From assembly GCA_964016885.1 (NCBI GenBank), contig CAXHJY010001549.1, positions 143,208 through 207,207 on the forward strand: DNA of 64,000 nucleotides, written 5' to 3'. This document shows, in pieces, positions 26,612 through 39,820 of the stretch (the first letter of the stretch is position 1; each line of letters begins with the position of its first letter). A program made the translations under genes and the position numbers. The notes under the pieces were generated by a model, which made no database searches, was not told the origin of the DNA, and was given only the letters and a program-made list of their open reading frames with translations. This stretch comes from Eledone cirrhosa (Eukaryota).

Positions 26612-27080
26612 AACCACCAGATTATGTTACACCTTGAGATACCATCAACCACCAGATCTTACAACATCTGGAGATATCATCAACCACCAGATGTTGTTAC
26701 ATCTTGAGATACCATCAACCACCTGATCATGTTACAATTTGAGGTACCATCAATCACCAGATCTTGTTATATCTGGAGATACCATCAACTACCAGATCTT
26801 GTTACATGTTGAGGTACCATCAATCACCAGATGTTGTTACATCTTGAGATACCATCAATCACCAGATCTTGTTATATCTGGAGATACCATCAACTACCAG
26901 ATCTTGTTACACCTTGAGATACCATCAACCACCAGATCTTACTACATCTGGAGATATCATCAACCACCAGATGTTGTTACATCTTGAGATACCATCAACC
27001 ACCTGATCATGTTACATCTTGAGATACCAACAACCACCAGATCTTGTTATATCTGGAGATACCATCAACTACCAAATCAT
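26612..27080. repeat. 35-bp minisatellite, ~13 diverged copies
   Basis: CCACCAGATCTTGTTACATCTTGAGATACCATCAA. Confidence 0.9.
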
Positions 27081-27229
27081 TAGAACTTCACTGAACCTAT
27101 TAGAAAAAAAAGGACCAACTGACTGACTGAACCAAGGTAATGGTCCTCATTGGTGTTTCCATTGCTGAAAATCTCTGCCAGTTGCCACTCCTAGTAGAAG
27201 GTAGGATTTGAACTCAGAATGCGGTACTT

Positions 27230-27450
27230 GGATGGATCCTTCTCAGTACAGCATCTCTCCACTCACCATGTTTCTTTGTCATCTCCTCTGTAAGATCAGC
27301 TCTCACCACCTCTGCCCAGGTCTTTCTCAATCTACCTCTACTGTGACTTCCTTCCACTAACATTTCCTGGCACTTCTTCCCTCATCGGTCATCATCTATG
27401 TGCATCACGTCTGTGCCAACTCAGTCGTCTCTCTTGCACACCACCTCAGA
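27230..27450 (-). mobile_element. RTE LINE 3' fragment
   Basis: Reverse complement resembles 6040-6270. Confidence 0.75.
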
Positions 27451-28009
27451 TAGAAAATCGGGTAGAGACGCCTTAAGCGGCTAGTGACTGCTGGCCACTT
27501 TTTTCTGGTTATAAGGGGTCTTTACTTGATTTTTCTCAGCTAATTATAGCAGCCGACTGTATTTATAGTTAGACTTCTGTGTCCGAGTTTTCTATATCTT
27601 CTATGAACCTCATAATCCCTCAGCATTTCAAAAGTTCCAACTTTGTAAGACTTTAATTTAATACTGCAAATTTTTACAATCTGTTCACTAGTAAAGATAC
27701 TATAAACATTTAATTAACAAACCTACTTTTAGATATTTTTATGCAAAATCATTACATTAAATATCCAAAATATTGATTTCTTTTAACAAGACACAAAGCA
27801 AAAGTTTTATTGGGAATGGATTAGTTAAGTTGAATCAACAGCATTATATAAGCTGTGGAATAATGACAAATAAAAATAGCCCATGAATAAAACAGGTTTT
27901 AAGGTTTGTGAGAAACTACCATAAGAAAACGAATACAGGATGTTCAACTGTTGTTATTATCATTTATTACACTTTTATTGGTTATTATATGTTATTGTGT
28001 AATATAGAC

Positions 28010-28320
28010 ACAGCCTGGTCGAATGGTTAGAAAGTTTGTTTTTGCAATCATTGGATCCTGAGTTTGATCTCACTGTGTGATATCTTGGGCAAGTGTCACT
28101 CCCCATAGCCTCAGGTCCACCGATGACTTGTGGGTAGATGGAAACTGTTTGGATGGACTGTACCTGTAGTGGGAATTTAAAGGGTTAACCTTGTCACACT
28201 GAATCTCTTTGAGAATTACTTAAGGGTACACATGCCTGTGAAATGCTCAGCCACTTACATGTTAATTTTATGAACAGATCAACCTACTGGAACACTCATC
28301 ATTGAAACTGGTGGAGATCC
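28010..28320 (+). mobile_element. tRNA-derived SINE family B (CORE-like body)
   Basis: tRNA-like head, CTTGGGCAAGTG core, tail GAGAATTAC.TTAAGGGTACAC..GCTCAGCCACTT; relatives ~39995-40280, 43922-44230, 57990-58320. Confidence 0.7.
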
Positions 28321-28628
28321 ATCATTATTGCTGAGTGAAGATGAAGAGCAGCACTCAATACTGGTGTAAAAGGAGGGTGGTATCCTGAAAATGGAGACCT
28401 TATACAAATACTTGTAACAGATCTATTAAATGGCAAAATGGCAATAATAAACTGGACAATAGATTAAGTCTAATGCTCCAAAACTCAGAACAAATACTGC
28501 ATTACTTGCTCAAGGACATAACACATCACCCAGTCCGGGACTCGAATTCACAACTTCACGATTGCAAGCCCAATGCTCTAACCACTAAGCCATGCACCTT
28601 CACAAGTTTGATAATTAAATATATTTAA

Positions 28629-28848
28629 CCTTTTAATGTTCAAACCAGCCAAAACTGGCCAGAATTCTCTACCTCTTTCTGTTGAAACTGGCTGTAACTG
28701 GTTGATCAAACTGATGTTAAGGTATTGTTATTAAAATAAATACTTTCAAAATCTCATAGATTCGATATTATGTGAGATAATTAGGCGAGGTAAAGCCTTT
28801 ACCATAAAAATATAATAGTATATATAGAGTAATGTAAATGCTAAAGGG
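28629..28848. mobile_element. piggyBac-type MITE (opposite orientation)
   Basis: TTAA TSDs, same family. Confidence 0.75.
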
Positions 28849-29812
28849 TTAACAAGATTCTTACCTTTAGAATTAAAAATTTTAAAGTAGCAAGTATTCT
28901 AAATTTTGAAAAAATAGTAGTGTGCAGGTCCAACAAAAAATAGTAGTGTGCAGTTCCAATAAAAAATATAATCTATTTGTTGTAACCCAATATGGTGACT
29001 GTATAAAACCCCTTTTATCTTCTATCCTGTCCAAATTCCACATTATAATTCTTCTATTCAGATTTAATATTACACTTCTGTATTTATATTCTCTATCATT
29101 ACTTTTATAGTATATGTAATTTTCTCAGACTCATTTCAATACCACCATCGTGTTAGATGACTTGGAAAATGGGGAATTTTCTGATAATTTTTAGACTATT
29201 TTGTAATCATACATTTATCTAAACATCAGACAACTGCCAATCCATCTCTGATAATAATTGTTTCTACTTTTGGCACAAGGCCAGCAATTACTCAGTGCAT
29301 TACTGATAAAATAAAGTCCCAGTAATGCACTGGGTAATTGCTGGCCTTGTGCCAGAAGTAGAAATAATTATTATCATAGATTCACCTCATAGCTTGTTAT
29401 TTGGAGAAAAGGTTTTCCTTGACTGACTGATTTTCCCAATAATTCCCATCTATCGGAATAATAAACAGAACTTGAATGCCATTTTTAGTGTGTCAAGTGT
29501 ATTCTGCAAGCAGTATCCATCACCACTGAAATAGTTATTTATAGAAATAGGAATTACCAAACCATTAACTTATCATTAGCATTTCTAATTTATTTTTTAA
29601 GTTCTAACAAACTAGAAAATTATAAATTAACAATTTCAGATGATGTCTCTCCAGCCTCAACACCTATCCCCACCCCCTCACATGCAGAAGAATTATTTCA
29701 GGAATTCTATCAAGAGGTATTAGGTATGCAAGAAATGATTCCAATTATTTTGTTTGAGTATCTAAATAATAATTGAATCACCAACATCTTTTTATATATC
29801 TGTTTCTCTTTA

Positions 29813-30035
29813 CTTACTACATCTGTTGAACAAATCCTCTTCAGTCTTGTGTCTTAAGTTTACTACATCTGTTGAACAGATCTTCTTCAGTCCTGTGTCT
29901 TAGGTTTACTACATCTGTTGAACAGATCCTCTTCAGTCCTGTGTCTTAGGTTTATTACATCTGTTGAACAGATCTTCAGTCCTGTGTCTTAGGTTTACTA
30001 CATCTGTTGAACAGATCCTCTTCAGTCTTGTGTTA
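29813..30035. repeat. ~46-bp minisatellite, ~5 copies
   Basis: TTTACTACATCTGTTGAACAGATCCTCTTCAGTCCTGTGTCTTAGG. Confidence 0.9.
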
Positions 30036-30236
30036 GGACTTGTTGCAGCCTTTATTAGTTTCTTTGTGGGATTCAGCATCCTGAGATCAAACTTTACTAC
30101 TTCCTCCATCATGTCTTCCTTCTACTTGAATTACTTGAAATGGTAGGGCCGAAGCACTTGCTTAAGGAAAGTGAGGAGGTTCTTTTCTGAAGACCTACTG
30201 TCCAGCTCTCCTGACAGTTTCTTACCACGTATATAA

Positions 30237-30279
<43 letters not shown>

Positions 30280-30280
30280 A

Positions 30281-30624
30281 AGGCGCATGATTTAGTGGTT
30301 ACAGTGTCTGGCATTCAATCATTAGGTTGTGAATTCAATTCTCGGATCGGGCTTTGTGTTGAGTTCTTGAGCAAGACACTTTATTTCATGTTGCTCCAGT
30401 TCACTCAGCAGTAGAATGAGTTGTAACGTTACTGATGCCAAGCTGTATTGGCCATTGCCTTTCCCTTGGACAACATCAGTGATGTGGAGAGGGGCGACTG
30501 GTATACATGGGTGACTGCTGGTCTTCCACAAACAACCTTGTCCGGATTTGTGCCTTGGAGGGGAACTTTCTAGGTGCAAATCCCATGGTTATTCATGACC
30601 GAAGGGAGTCTTTACCCTTTACCC
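30281..30624 (+). mobile_element. SINE family B variant between (TA)n tracts
   Basis: tRNA head, TTGAGCAAGACACTTTATTTCA body, tail ending TTTACCCTTTACCC. Confidence 0.75.
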
Positions 30625-31832
30625 TATATATATATATATATATATGTGTGTATAACAACACTTGCTTGAGGAGGTGGGAAGTTCTTCTCTGAAGACCTTC
30701 TGCTGACCAGCTCTCCTGAGAACTTTGTACCACTATCATCATTATCTGGTCAAGCTTGTTCAATTAATATTCTGTAAAAAAACATAATAGAATATTCCAC
30801 TTGCTATATTTCCATAAGCTGAAACTACACCCCATCTAGAGCAGGACTGAGGGAACCATTTTAATACCAGGGAAAATTACAAGTACACAAAAAACCTGTG
30901 GAAGGACATCTTTAATTTTTCAAATTCATAGGTATGCAACATATATCAAATTACTATTATGGTTTTAGAATTTTACAGCTTAAATTGTTTTTTGGTTTGT
31001 TTGTTTTTTCAAGTGGGCTTTTATTGACATAGTCAGCGGGTGTTTTCAAATTTGAATGTGGGCGAGGGAATGCTCACCATGTTCTAGATAGAGACTTGGT
31101 ATTGAATAAGCCAAGCAAGTTATCTAGAATTAAGAAACATATACCTACATACTGATACAATACGAACCACTTTCACGTGTGTGAAACTTACAAATCAAAT
31201 ATGAAACGTATTTCTATGTCAAGTACAAGGAAGTATTTATCTAGCGACGAAATATTAACGGCTGATAATGAGAACAGGAGACGTATTCTCGATAGCTTTA
31301 ACAATGAATGCTCTAGTGCTTGTGGACCGCCATGGGTTCACGATAACTAGAGCACATAGAATAGCCATCCACGCAGAAAAATGACCACCATATGGTAAAG
31401 ATTTCATTAGTGAAGTGATAAAGAAATCAACATCAACGAAGACGACGGAGAAGGAGGTCCATGTGAAAAATGTCTGTTTCAAGTTATTGTTGCTGTTGTC
31501 GTCGTTGTAACGCCCTTTCCACCGTCTATCACTCCTACTACCATTTCGTGTTAACGTCTTCCTCCGCGGCGGCCGTCTTACATTCAGCCCTGCCTCTCAC
31601 TATTACCTTCATTAATTAATCTAACAATGTACACTACTATTCAAATTAATCAGACACTTCGGCTTCTCCAATTTCCTCTAATTTATAACCCTATTTTACA
31701 ATGAACATATATAATTATTGTTTTACTTCGAGGTTTATATATTTATTTATTGTTAGATTGTTACAATTAGTAGTAGTTGTAGCAGCAGCAGCAGCAGCAA
31801 TAGTAGTAGTAGTCAAATTTACATCCTACAAT

Positions 31833-31910
<78 letters not shown>

Positions 31911-33210
31911 TGTGTGCGTGTGTATGTATTATGTATGTATATGTATCGATGAATAATTCATTACGCATTAATTTTAAATATTATGTGTGTGGTGTAGAAA
32001 TATTAGCCCCAAATAAATAAGCTCCGTTTGTCTCCGACAACTTCTAACATATCCTTTCGGTAAGCGATTTCTATACAATATGTGATTTAGGAAAGTGAAA
32101 CCAATAGGTTTGTTACGTAATGGACACATCATAGTTAAACCACTAAAATATATTTTCTTAATTATACAACGAGGCCAAAATATCAGTGGTAAGAAAAGGG
32201 GGAGGGGAGCTGAACTGGTTTGATAGAGGGGAAGGGGGTCATTATAATATTTATGTTTTGACCCTGGATAGCCGGTGGTTGTGTTCCTAAACCCTACCGT
32301 TATATAAGAAAGACCATGTGTGACAAAAATTCTAGAGACAAAATTACCGCTTTATTATTTTTTTCAATCTATATTTTGTAAATTTAACTGAATGACTTTA
32401 ACGGAATTTGCTTTCTCTGCCTTTATTAATTGACGATTAAAATGGCGAGACTTTTTTTCTACTCGATAGTAGTAGCATATAAGCATAATATTATCTATAT
32501 AACCGTTTAACTTTCTTATAACTTAACAATTTCATCACAATTTCTTATCTTAGGAAAATAAATTGAAGTTATTTTTCATAAAGATATCTTAGAATTCGAA
32601 TGCTAGTATTGATATAGGAGTTTGAATATGTGATCTTCCACCAAATAACATTGTTTCACAGTCTGATGAGACGTGGGGTTAAGATATGACAAGGTGTTTA
32701 AGATCTAATTAACTAGTGTGGTTTTGTTGATTTAGATGATGGCAACAATAAACATCGAACGCCCATTTTGGTGTGGCCAGCTCGGTAGATCAGGGCGGGC
32801 CGCTCCATATTTTTAGTACACATTCTTAAACTCAACTCCTCTTTTATGCTCATCATTGTTATTGTCGTCGTTGTCATTATTATCACCTTCATCGTTACCA
32901 CTCATTACCACCACTACTATCATCATTACCATCTCTAGTTTCTTCATTACTACCACTATCATAATTAGCAACATCATCATCGCTATGATCATTAACCATC
33001 TAAAATATCGACTTAAAACAGCGACACATTTTTAAAGCTAATTTAATCAAAGCAATATTGAATTCGGATCTGGTGTTGTCTTCTTGGCCTATAATTGATA
33101 TTAGATGAGTAACTTTCTTCAAATGCAAGATCGTCATTTATTGAAGAAACGAGCAGTTATAATACATATCGCACTATATATATATAATATATATATGTTT
33201 TGTTTCCTTG

Positions 33211-33245
<35 letters not shown>

Positions 33246-34085
33246 ATATTCACATGTACTTAGAATATCACTCTACCTCACAGTATTGAGTACTTTATTT
33301 TGTTTACTCACACCATGGTACTACCAATCCATTTTACTACTATTCCTTGTAGTTTCTCTCTGCTTTCTTCTAGTAGCAGGTTTTACTAGCAAACATGTTA
33401 GTTTATTTACACCCCCAAACACCTTTCAACACACTATATACTGTATGTCTGCTACAAACGTGGTGTGTAAACATACACATACGTGTTTGTGTAAACACAC
33501 TACACTTGCAGGTCATATATAGTATGTAGCATGATCATACATAGGTTTGTTTTGTTTTGTTTTCAGGCGTGAATAAAAACCAACACGGCGTGTTTGTTAC
33601 TACGATCTGCTAACAAAAATATGGGAGGAAGCTGTTGTGTATGTATTTATTGTAGTTAGTGGTGTGGTTATCACTACAATCCGCCACTAACTGGATTCTT
33701 TTTTAATGCTAGAAATAGTAGACATCGACAGAATCTATAGAAGTAGAAGTATATATAGTAGCTAAGAGAACAATTAGGTGGTAGTAGAAAAAGCAGCCGC
33801 TATTATAGTACTGATTGGTAGGTTAGTGGCGGTTTTACTAAATAGCACACCCAGTTGTTGGAAACAACCACTCCCTCTGTAATTGCACGAGAAAAAAGAA
33901 AAGAAAGTAACACCACAAAACAATAGGGAAAACATTTCCCCTAATTGTTCAAATTATATTTTCAACGAACTTGCAGTATCTTATGCTCTTGATAAAACCT
34001 TGTTAAATTTTTCATACATTACCACCATTAAGTATACCGTAAAAGTAAACCATTCGGCTAGATTCACACCTACATACCGCTTTCT

Positions 34086-34137
<52 letters not shown>

Positions 34138-34857
34138 AATATACAACCACGTGTGCGTATACATAAATGTAGATAATATTTTTGGTGGGTAAATATGCAT
34201 AAACGTGGTATATATGTGCACATTATAGATAATGTTAAACTGAGGTGTGACAAATCTGTTTAGATTTGTGTATATATAAATGAATATTTTAGCTATTCGC
34301 ATATATATATATATATGTGTGTGTGTATGTGTATGTATGTGTGTAGCTATACATTAACATACATGTGTATTTAACTAAACACGTACGTGTCTATATGTAT
34401 CACGTATACAAACAGGTGTATACGGTTGATTAGACTATTACTGTTAGATTTTTTAAAAGATTTTGTCATTTCGAATGTCTTCCTAAAGACTAAAACAAAA
34501 TCATTTTTTTTTAACGAAACCAAAACATTAACCGCCTTTTCTCCTTTTCATTTTGCCCATCCTACTTCATCAGATGCTTTTAACTCCAGAATTTTTTTCA
34601 CTCAAGGTTCTCATTTGTACTTTCGTCTGTAATTATCTTACAGAGTATCTGCTTTTTTCCCATTTAATGCTTTTTTTTTTGCTTTTTTTAATGTCGAAAG
34701 TAATCATCGATATAAAGCCACCACCACCACTACTACTACTCAATTGTGCTACTACTCAGTTATCTTTCCAAGAGCCTTCTCAAATATTTCACTCTCGACT
34801 ACTACTAACTATCACCATCACTACTACCACCATTACTACTACTACTACTACTACCAT

Positions 34858-34890
<33 letters not shown>

Positions 34891-35786
34891 CACTACTACT
34901 ACTTTTGCTACTGCTCAGTTATCTTTCTAAGAGCTTTCTCAAATATTTCACTATCTGAAACAGATGGAAGCTTTATGTAAGGCCTTACTCCTCCCTTTCA
35001 ACATTCTGGGAGGTTCTCCTCGTCATTTCCTACATTATTTTCTTATCCCGTCGAGGTTAACTTTGCTTTTCATCCTTACCGGGTCGATTAAATAAAGTAC
35101 CAGTAAAGAACTAGGTAATTGGTGGCCTTGTGCCAAAAGTAGAAACAATTATTTATCGTATATCATCTTTTTGAAACAATACTAGCACGTCACGACTTAT
35201 TAGTAAAACATCTCTTAATTTTATTCTTTTGCACCATATGTAGATTAGAGTTGCTTTAGTAATTGGGTGTGGTTTAACATATTTCTACAATACATATGCA
35301 ATTGTAGTCTTGTGTGTGTGTGTGTGTATATAACGAAGGAAGTGTGCTAAGGAACCAAGTGGGCCATAACGCACCAGAGCACTCGATTCTTAGGGTGGGT
35401 AATAGGAAAAGAGTCAAGAACTTGATAGAAACTGCTTTTCATACCCACGCATCTCTGTCTGCTTAATATGCTTTTATACCTGTATTGTAGTATGTGATAC
35501 CTTTGCCATACTGTGATATATATGCTTAGTACCATTGCTTGTTTCTTACCTGGTTATTCTGTACATGCCTAATACATCTGCACTCTTTCTATACGTTTGC
35601 ATATGTACCGCTAATGTCCTCATTTTGCGAATAACTTTCTTCTTTAATTCCTCTATAATTGTTGTATTATTCTTTTATAATCTTTGTCGCATCCACTGAT
35701 ACTGACCGATGACAACACTAATATCTACGTATCTTTACAATTGCTCTGTGGAATAGGAGGTTAATTATATGTCTAAACTTTGCTAG

Positions 35787-35833
35787 TGCTCCGATGAATC
35801 CAAACGAAAGTTTGAAAGAAACGATTGTCATCA
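35787..35833 (+). ncRNA. Degenerate hammerhead motif
   Basis: CCGATGA-AT-CCAAAC-GAAA-GTTTGA-AA-GAAA-CGATTG-TC followed by AATAAA. Confidence 0.45.
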
Positions 35834-36176
35834 ATAAAGTGTTTTGAACATAGTTTTGATTATTCTGTAATTATATATATATATATATATCTGAAAAATC
35901 CGGGACCCCGACGGGTGAGCTCCTGTCGTTTCAACAGCTAGATCCGATATAGCTGTTGAAACGGCAAGAGCTCAGCCGTCGACTCCGAATTTTTCATATT
36001 ACCTACTCTACTACCCCAAGTATCGAGTACTCTGGTGAGTAATAGTAATAATCTAACTGATTTTTATTGCATCCATTCTGATATATATATATATATATAA
36101 GCTATTCCGGGTTGAATCGAAGGTAACCACAGAAAAATCATTTCACGAATGAAACAGTTCTAGTCCCGTAGAAGCT

Positions 36177-36230
<54 letters not shown>

Positions 36231-37089
36231 GATTTTGTTGGGGTTTTTTTAAGGACATTTGTTCCCAATTCTTTTGCTTCGAAAGAGACCAAATTAAAAC
36301 TAACGTCTGTCCTTAGGTTGATGACCGAACAGCCATCTAAAGGTTTTGCAGTTTGGGAACTGTGATCAGCAGTATATTGTAGCATGACTCAACCCATATT
36401 GACCTTCGTTTTAACTATAGTTATGTCAGCTTATATTTGGCGCTGTTATTAGCCACACCAGAATACACTAGTGACACACTAAAATATATTCTTTTATTCA
36501 CACATCTCCTTGACTCGTGTTAGCAAGCAGAACAAGAAAAAGAAAGACAAGGAAACCATTAAAAAAAACTTTTTAAAATGTATTTAGAATAGAATTTATT
36601 CACATTTTTTATCATGTGAGTTTGAAGATAAAATAAGAGAAAGAAATGTACTACATTGTATTTAATATTCTTAGAAAAAAAAGCACAATTGACGCTACTT
36701 AAGTGTGAGGAATACATTTGTGGTGCATCTTGAGGGAAAATATTCTAATGTATCATATTTTTGCATGAGTATTCTCTAATTTATATTTGCTAGCCAGCAA
36801 AGCTTATTCCATTTTATGACTAATCCATTAAGCTATTTTATGCTCAAAATGTGGGATACTATAAAAATTACAGGATTTACTGAATATTCTGAAATATTTA
36901 AAGATATAACACCTTCTAAAGATGAAATAAATTGTATATTATGAAGTACGAAAATGCGGTTGAAATAACCTATCGATCTTTTATGGAAAATGTATAAATT
37001 CTTGATTTGAAATGGTCACTATTTGTCAATCTTAATACAGTGCGAGAGGTATTCACATGCTTTATTTATTTATCAGGAACAAAATTGCT

Positions 37090-37282
37090 ATAATAATTGT
37101 TTCTACTTTTGGCACAATGCCAGCAATTATCCCAGCACATTACTGGTACTTTATTTTGTCGACCCCGTAAGGAAGAAAGGCAAAGTTAACCTCGACGGGA
37201 TTTGAACTCAGAATGGCAAGGGTCCTAACTCTATGCGTCAAAGCATGGTGTCCGACCCTCTATCGATACTGCCAATCCACTG
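37090..37282 (-). mobile_element. SINE family A
   Basis: Reverse complement of consensus. Confidence 0.85.
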
Positions 37283-38512
37283 ACTTTAAGACATTCTAGT
37301 TTTGAAGATGGGCAACAACGGAACTCTTTACTTCTTTAAGATATTTGAGAAAGCTAAAAGAACAAGATAAACACACTCTTGAAACTCTTCAGGTTTTCTG
37401 GTGACTTCAGTCTTTGGACTCAATAGTTTCCATCAACGAAACTCATTAGAAACTGTAACCATTCCATTTAACCATGTAGAACGTTTTTTTTTTTGTTATT
37501 GTTTTGTTATTTTTATAATCTTGTAAGCTGAATTCTATATTCACTGTTTGTGTATTATTGGGAACTAATGATTACGTGCAAGTTACAAGATGGTTATCAC
37601 GAGTATATTACATATATGCTTAATAAATATACTTTTGATATTTATTTCATAATAATTAGTGTCAAAATAATTAGCGAGTTTTGAATAATAAATATTTTCA
37701 GTTTCAAAGACTGAGTTCATCACCTAGTTTTGATTCCTGGTTGAAACTATGTCATGTTGCCGTAGAAAGAATAAACGTCACAAACGACATCAAATTATAA
37801 AATATGATATTTGGGTATTAATCTCTGTCTGAACACGAAGGATTTGGAGGGAGAGAGAAAGAGAGAATAAATCTATAGTTATCGATTTAGTTTAATCTGA
37901 ATAAAATAACTAAAAAAAGTGAATACAAAATTCTGTTCTAGTTTTTATATCTGGAAATAATGAAGTTTCCTTAATACAGGAATACAATATTTAGATAAAT
38001 ATTCTGCTGCTTGACTGACATATTCCCACATCAACCAACAAGACAAAGCTTTGCTCATGGCTGATGTAGGGCGTTGATGTTATAAGAAAATGGCGGCTAA
38101 CTATAACGGATTTTTTACAATTTTTCTTTTTTTTTTATCGGTCGTAAAATATATCAAAAAGCTTTTATATCATACATTTCATTCATTTCTCTCTTGTAAG
38201 TGATAGAAAAAGATGCAATGACAGGGAAATATGAAGAAAGATTCTGTAATTGTATATTTTCGTCTTTTTCAAAGACATTTTCTAGAACATAATACTGATC
38301 TAGCCTCCCCTACTCTTATATCACATAAGCTTTTCTTACACCATTTAACAATATACAAATGTGTCCACCCACATAATTCACTCATACACCAGAACAGACA
38401 TATACATCGGTACTATATGCATTCAAAAGCCAAACAGAAATAACAAAGCAAACTACACAGTACAGTGAAGAAATATATTATTAGTTTTACGCTTGATATG
38501 GTAGGAAAATAG

Positions 38513-38548
38513 TCTTAACGTTTCTGATGCTAGTCCTTCATCTGAAAA
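38513..38548 (-). ncRNA. Degenerate hammerhead motif, same family as 6448-6483
   Basis: Minus strand CAGATGA-AGGACTAGCATCA-GAAA-CG-TT-AAGA; flanks ~38430-38640 are homologous to ~6350-6580. Confidence 0.5.
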
Positions 38549-39015
38549 TAGAATAAGAAAGATTGGGGAGACGAAGAGGGCGGAAACAGAAAACCTTTTT
38601 TTAGAGAAAAATAACAGGTCCATTCATGTTGCCATCTCATGGAAAACTGTTGATGCTGGTGTTTTGTGTATCATATACATTTTTGAAAAGGCGGTGATCG
38701 ACCGCGTCTATCTGAACCTGAAAAAAACCCATTTGTATATAGAGCTGTGTGTGTGTGTGTGTTTATACGTCCGTACGACGCTAAGAAGATGTGTGTGTAT
38801 ATGTAAGTAAAAGAGAGTGTGTACATTTTATGATGCTGTATAAACTGTAAGAGTATGTTTCTAACTATAACAGCCACAGGAACTTAGGGGGTGAATGTAG
38901 GCGCGCGTGTGTGACGACGGACGGGGTAAAGGTGACAGTGGTAAGGGATAGAGAAGTAAGTCTCTGTTATGGTAATGACAGAATGATTCCCTTGCAGCTG
39001 TAAGAGAATCATGTA

Positions 39016-39100
39016 AATCCGACGAGCTTTTGATTCCAGAGTCTGGTCAGATCGATACAGATCAAGTCTTGAGCTGATCAATCACGAAACACGCGTCACA
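39016..39100 (+). ncRNA. Hammerhead-like motif, sibling of 2826-2898
   Basis: CCGACGA-GCTTTTGA...TCAATCAC-GAAA-CACGCG-TC-AC then CAATAAA. Confidence 0.5.
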
Positions 39101-39435
39101 CCTCAATAAATGTAATGAAGATCTAAAACCACGTCCTTTTTATTATTATAACTACGCACCACGCCTTATTGCGAAAAATGCAGCCTTGTTTAACGTCGGG
39201 TAAATCAAATGCCAATCTTGCCTCTACTATGATGGCTTCGATATTTTCCATGTAAGCTTCTTCTAATCTACCAATTAACACCCTCTCCAATCTCGTATTT
39301 TCTACCTCTAAACGATTTTTAAACACCGCCTACAAATTATGATTTAATAATAGCTCCCTCCCATAAATTTTCGATAGCTACACCACTGATGCTATAGGTA
39401 TTCCGTGCCCCGAACGACACGTTCAGTCGGTAAGT

Positions 39436-39820
39436 GCAGACCTGTCAACTTTCCCCGTCCGACAGGGAGATTTCCCACCCACTTTGAGGTGAGTGAGAGA
39501 TGTCTTCTCTTGTGAAATGAGTATAGCTTTCAATATGTAATATCTCCCCCATTTGGCGTCATTTCTCCGCCGTTTTGGGGCACTTTTTTTTTTCGTGGTA
39601 CTCCCCGTTGGGTTTTTAGAGATTTGTAGGTTTGGTAAGTGGATCCTTGTATAGAAATCATTACTTGACCCAAACATCACAAATCTGTGGACCTTTTAGC
39701 AATCAATTTGAAAATGTCGATGTTGTACACTATCTATATCTAAGCAAAGAACCTCTACTTGGTCGTTCCTTCTGCTACAAATAACAGCCAAATCTCCCTC
39801 AAATCACACCTCTATTGTCA
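39436..39820. repeat. ~380 bp composite unit (TIR element plus flank); inverted copy at 58752-59130
   Basis: Reverse-complement alignment by eye; TIRs CAGACCTGCCAAC / GTTGACAGGTTTG. Confidence 0.8.

Noticed and set aside
29964-30146. Small ORFs suggesting a second gene
   Set aside because: Made of a minisatellite plus a decayed RTE 3' fragment (EEVVKFDLRML on minus)
32663-32700. CTGATGA as a hammerhead core
   Set aside because: No stem II or GAAA follows
38098-38109. TAACTATAACGG resembling an rRNA/I-CeuI site start
   Set aside because: 12-nt match only; flanks are not rRNA-like
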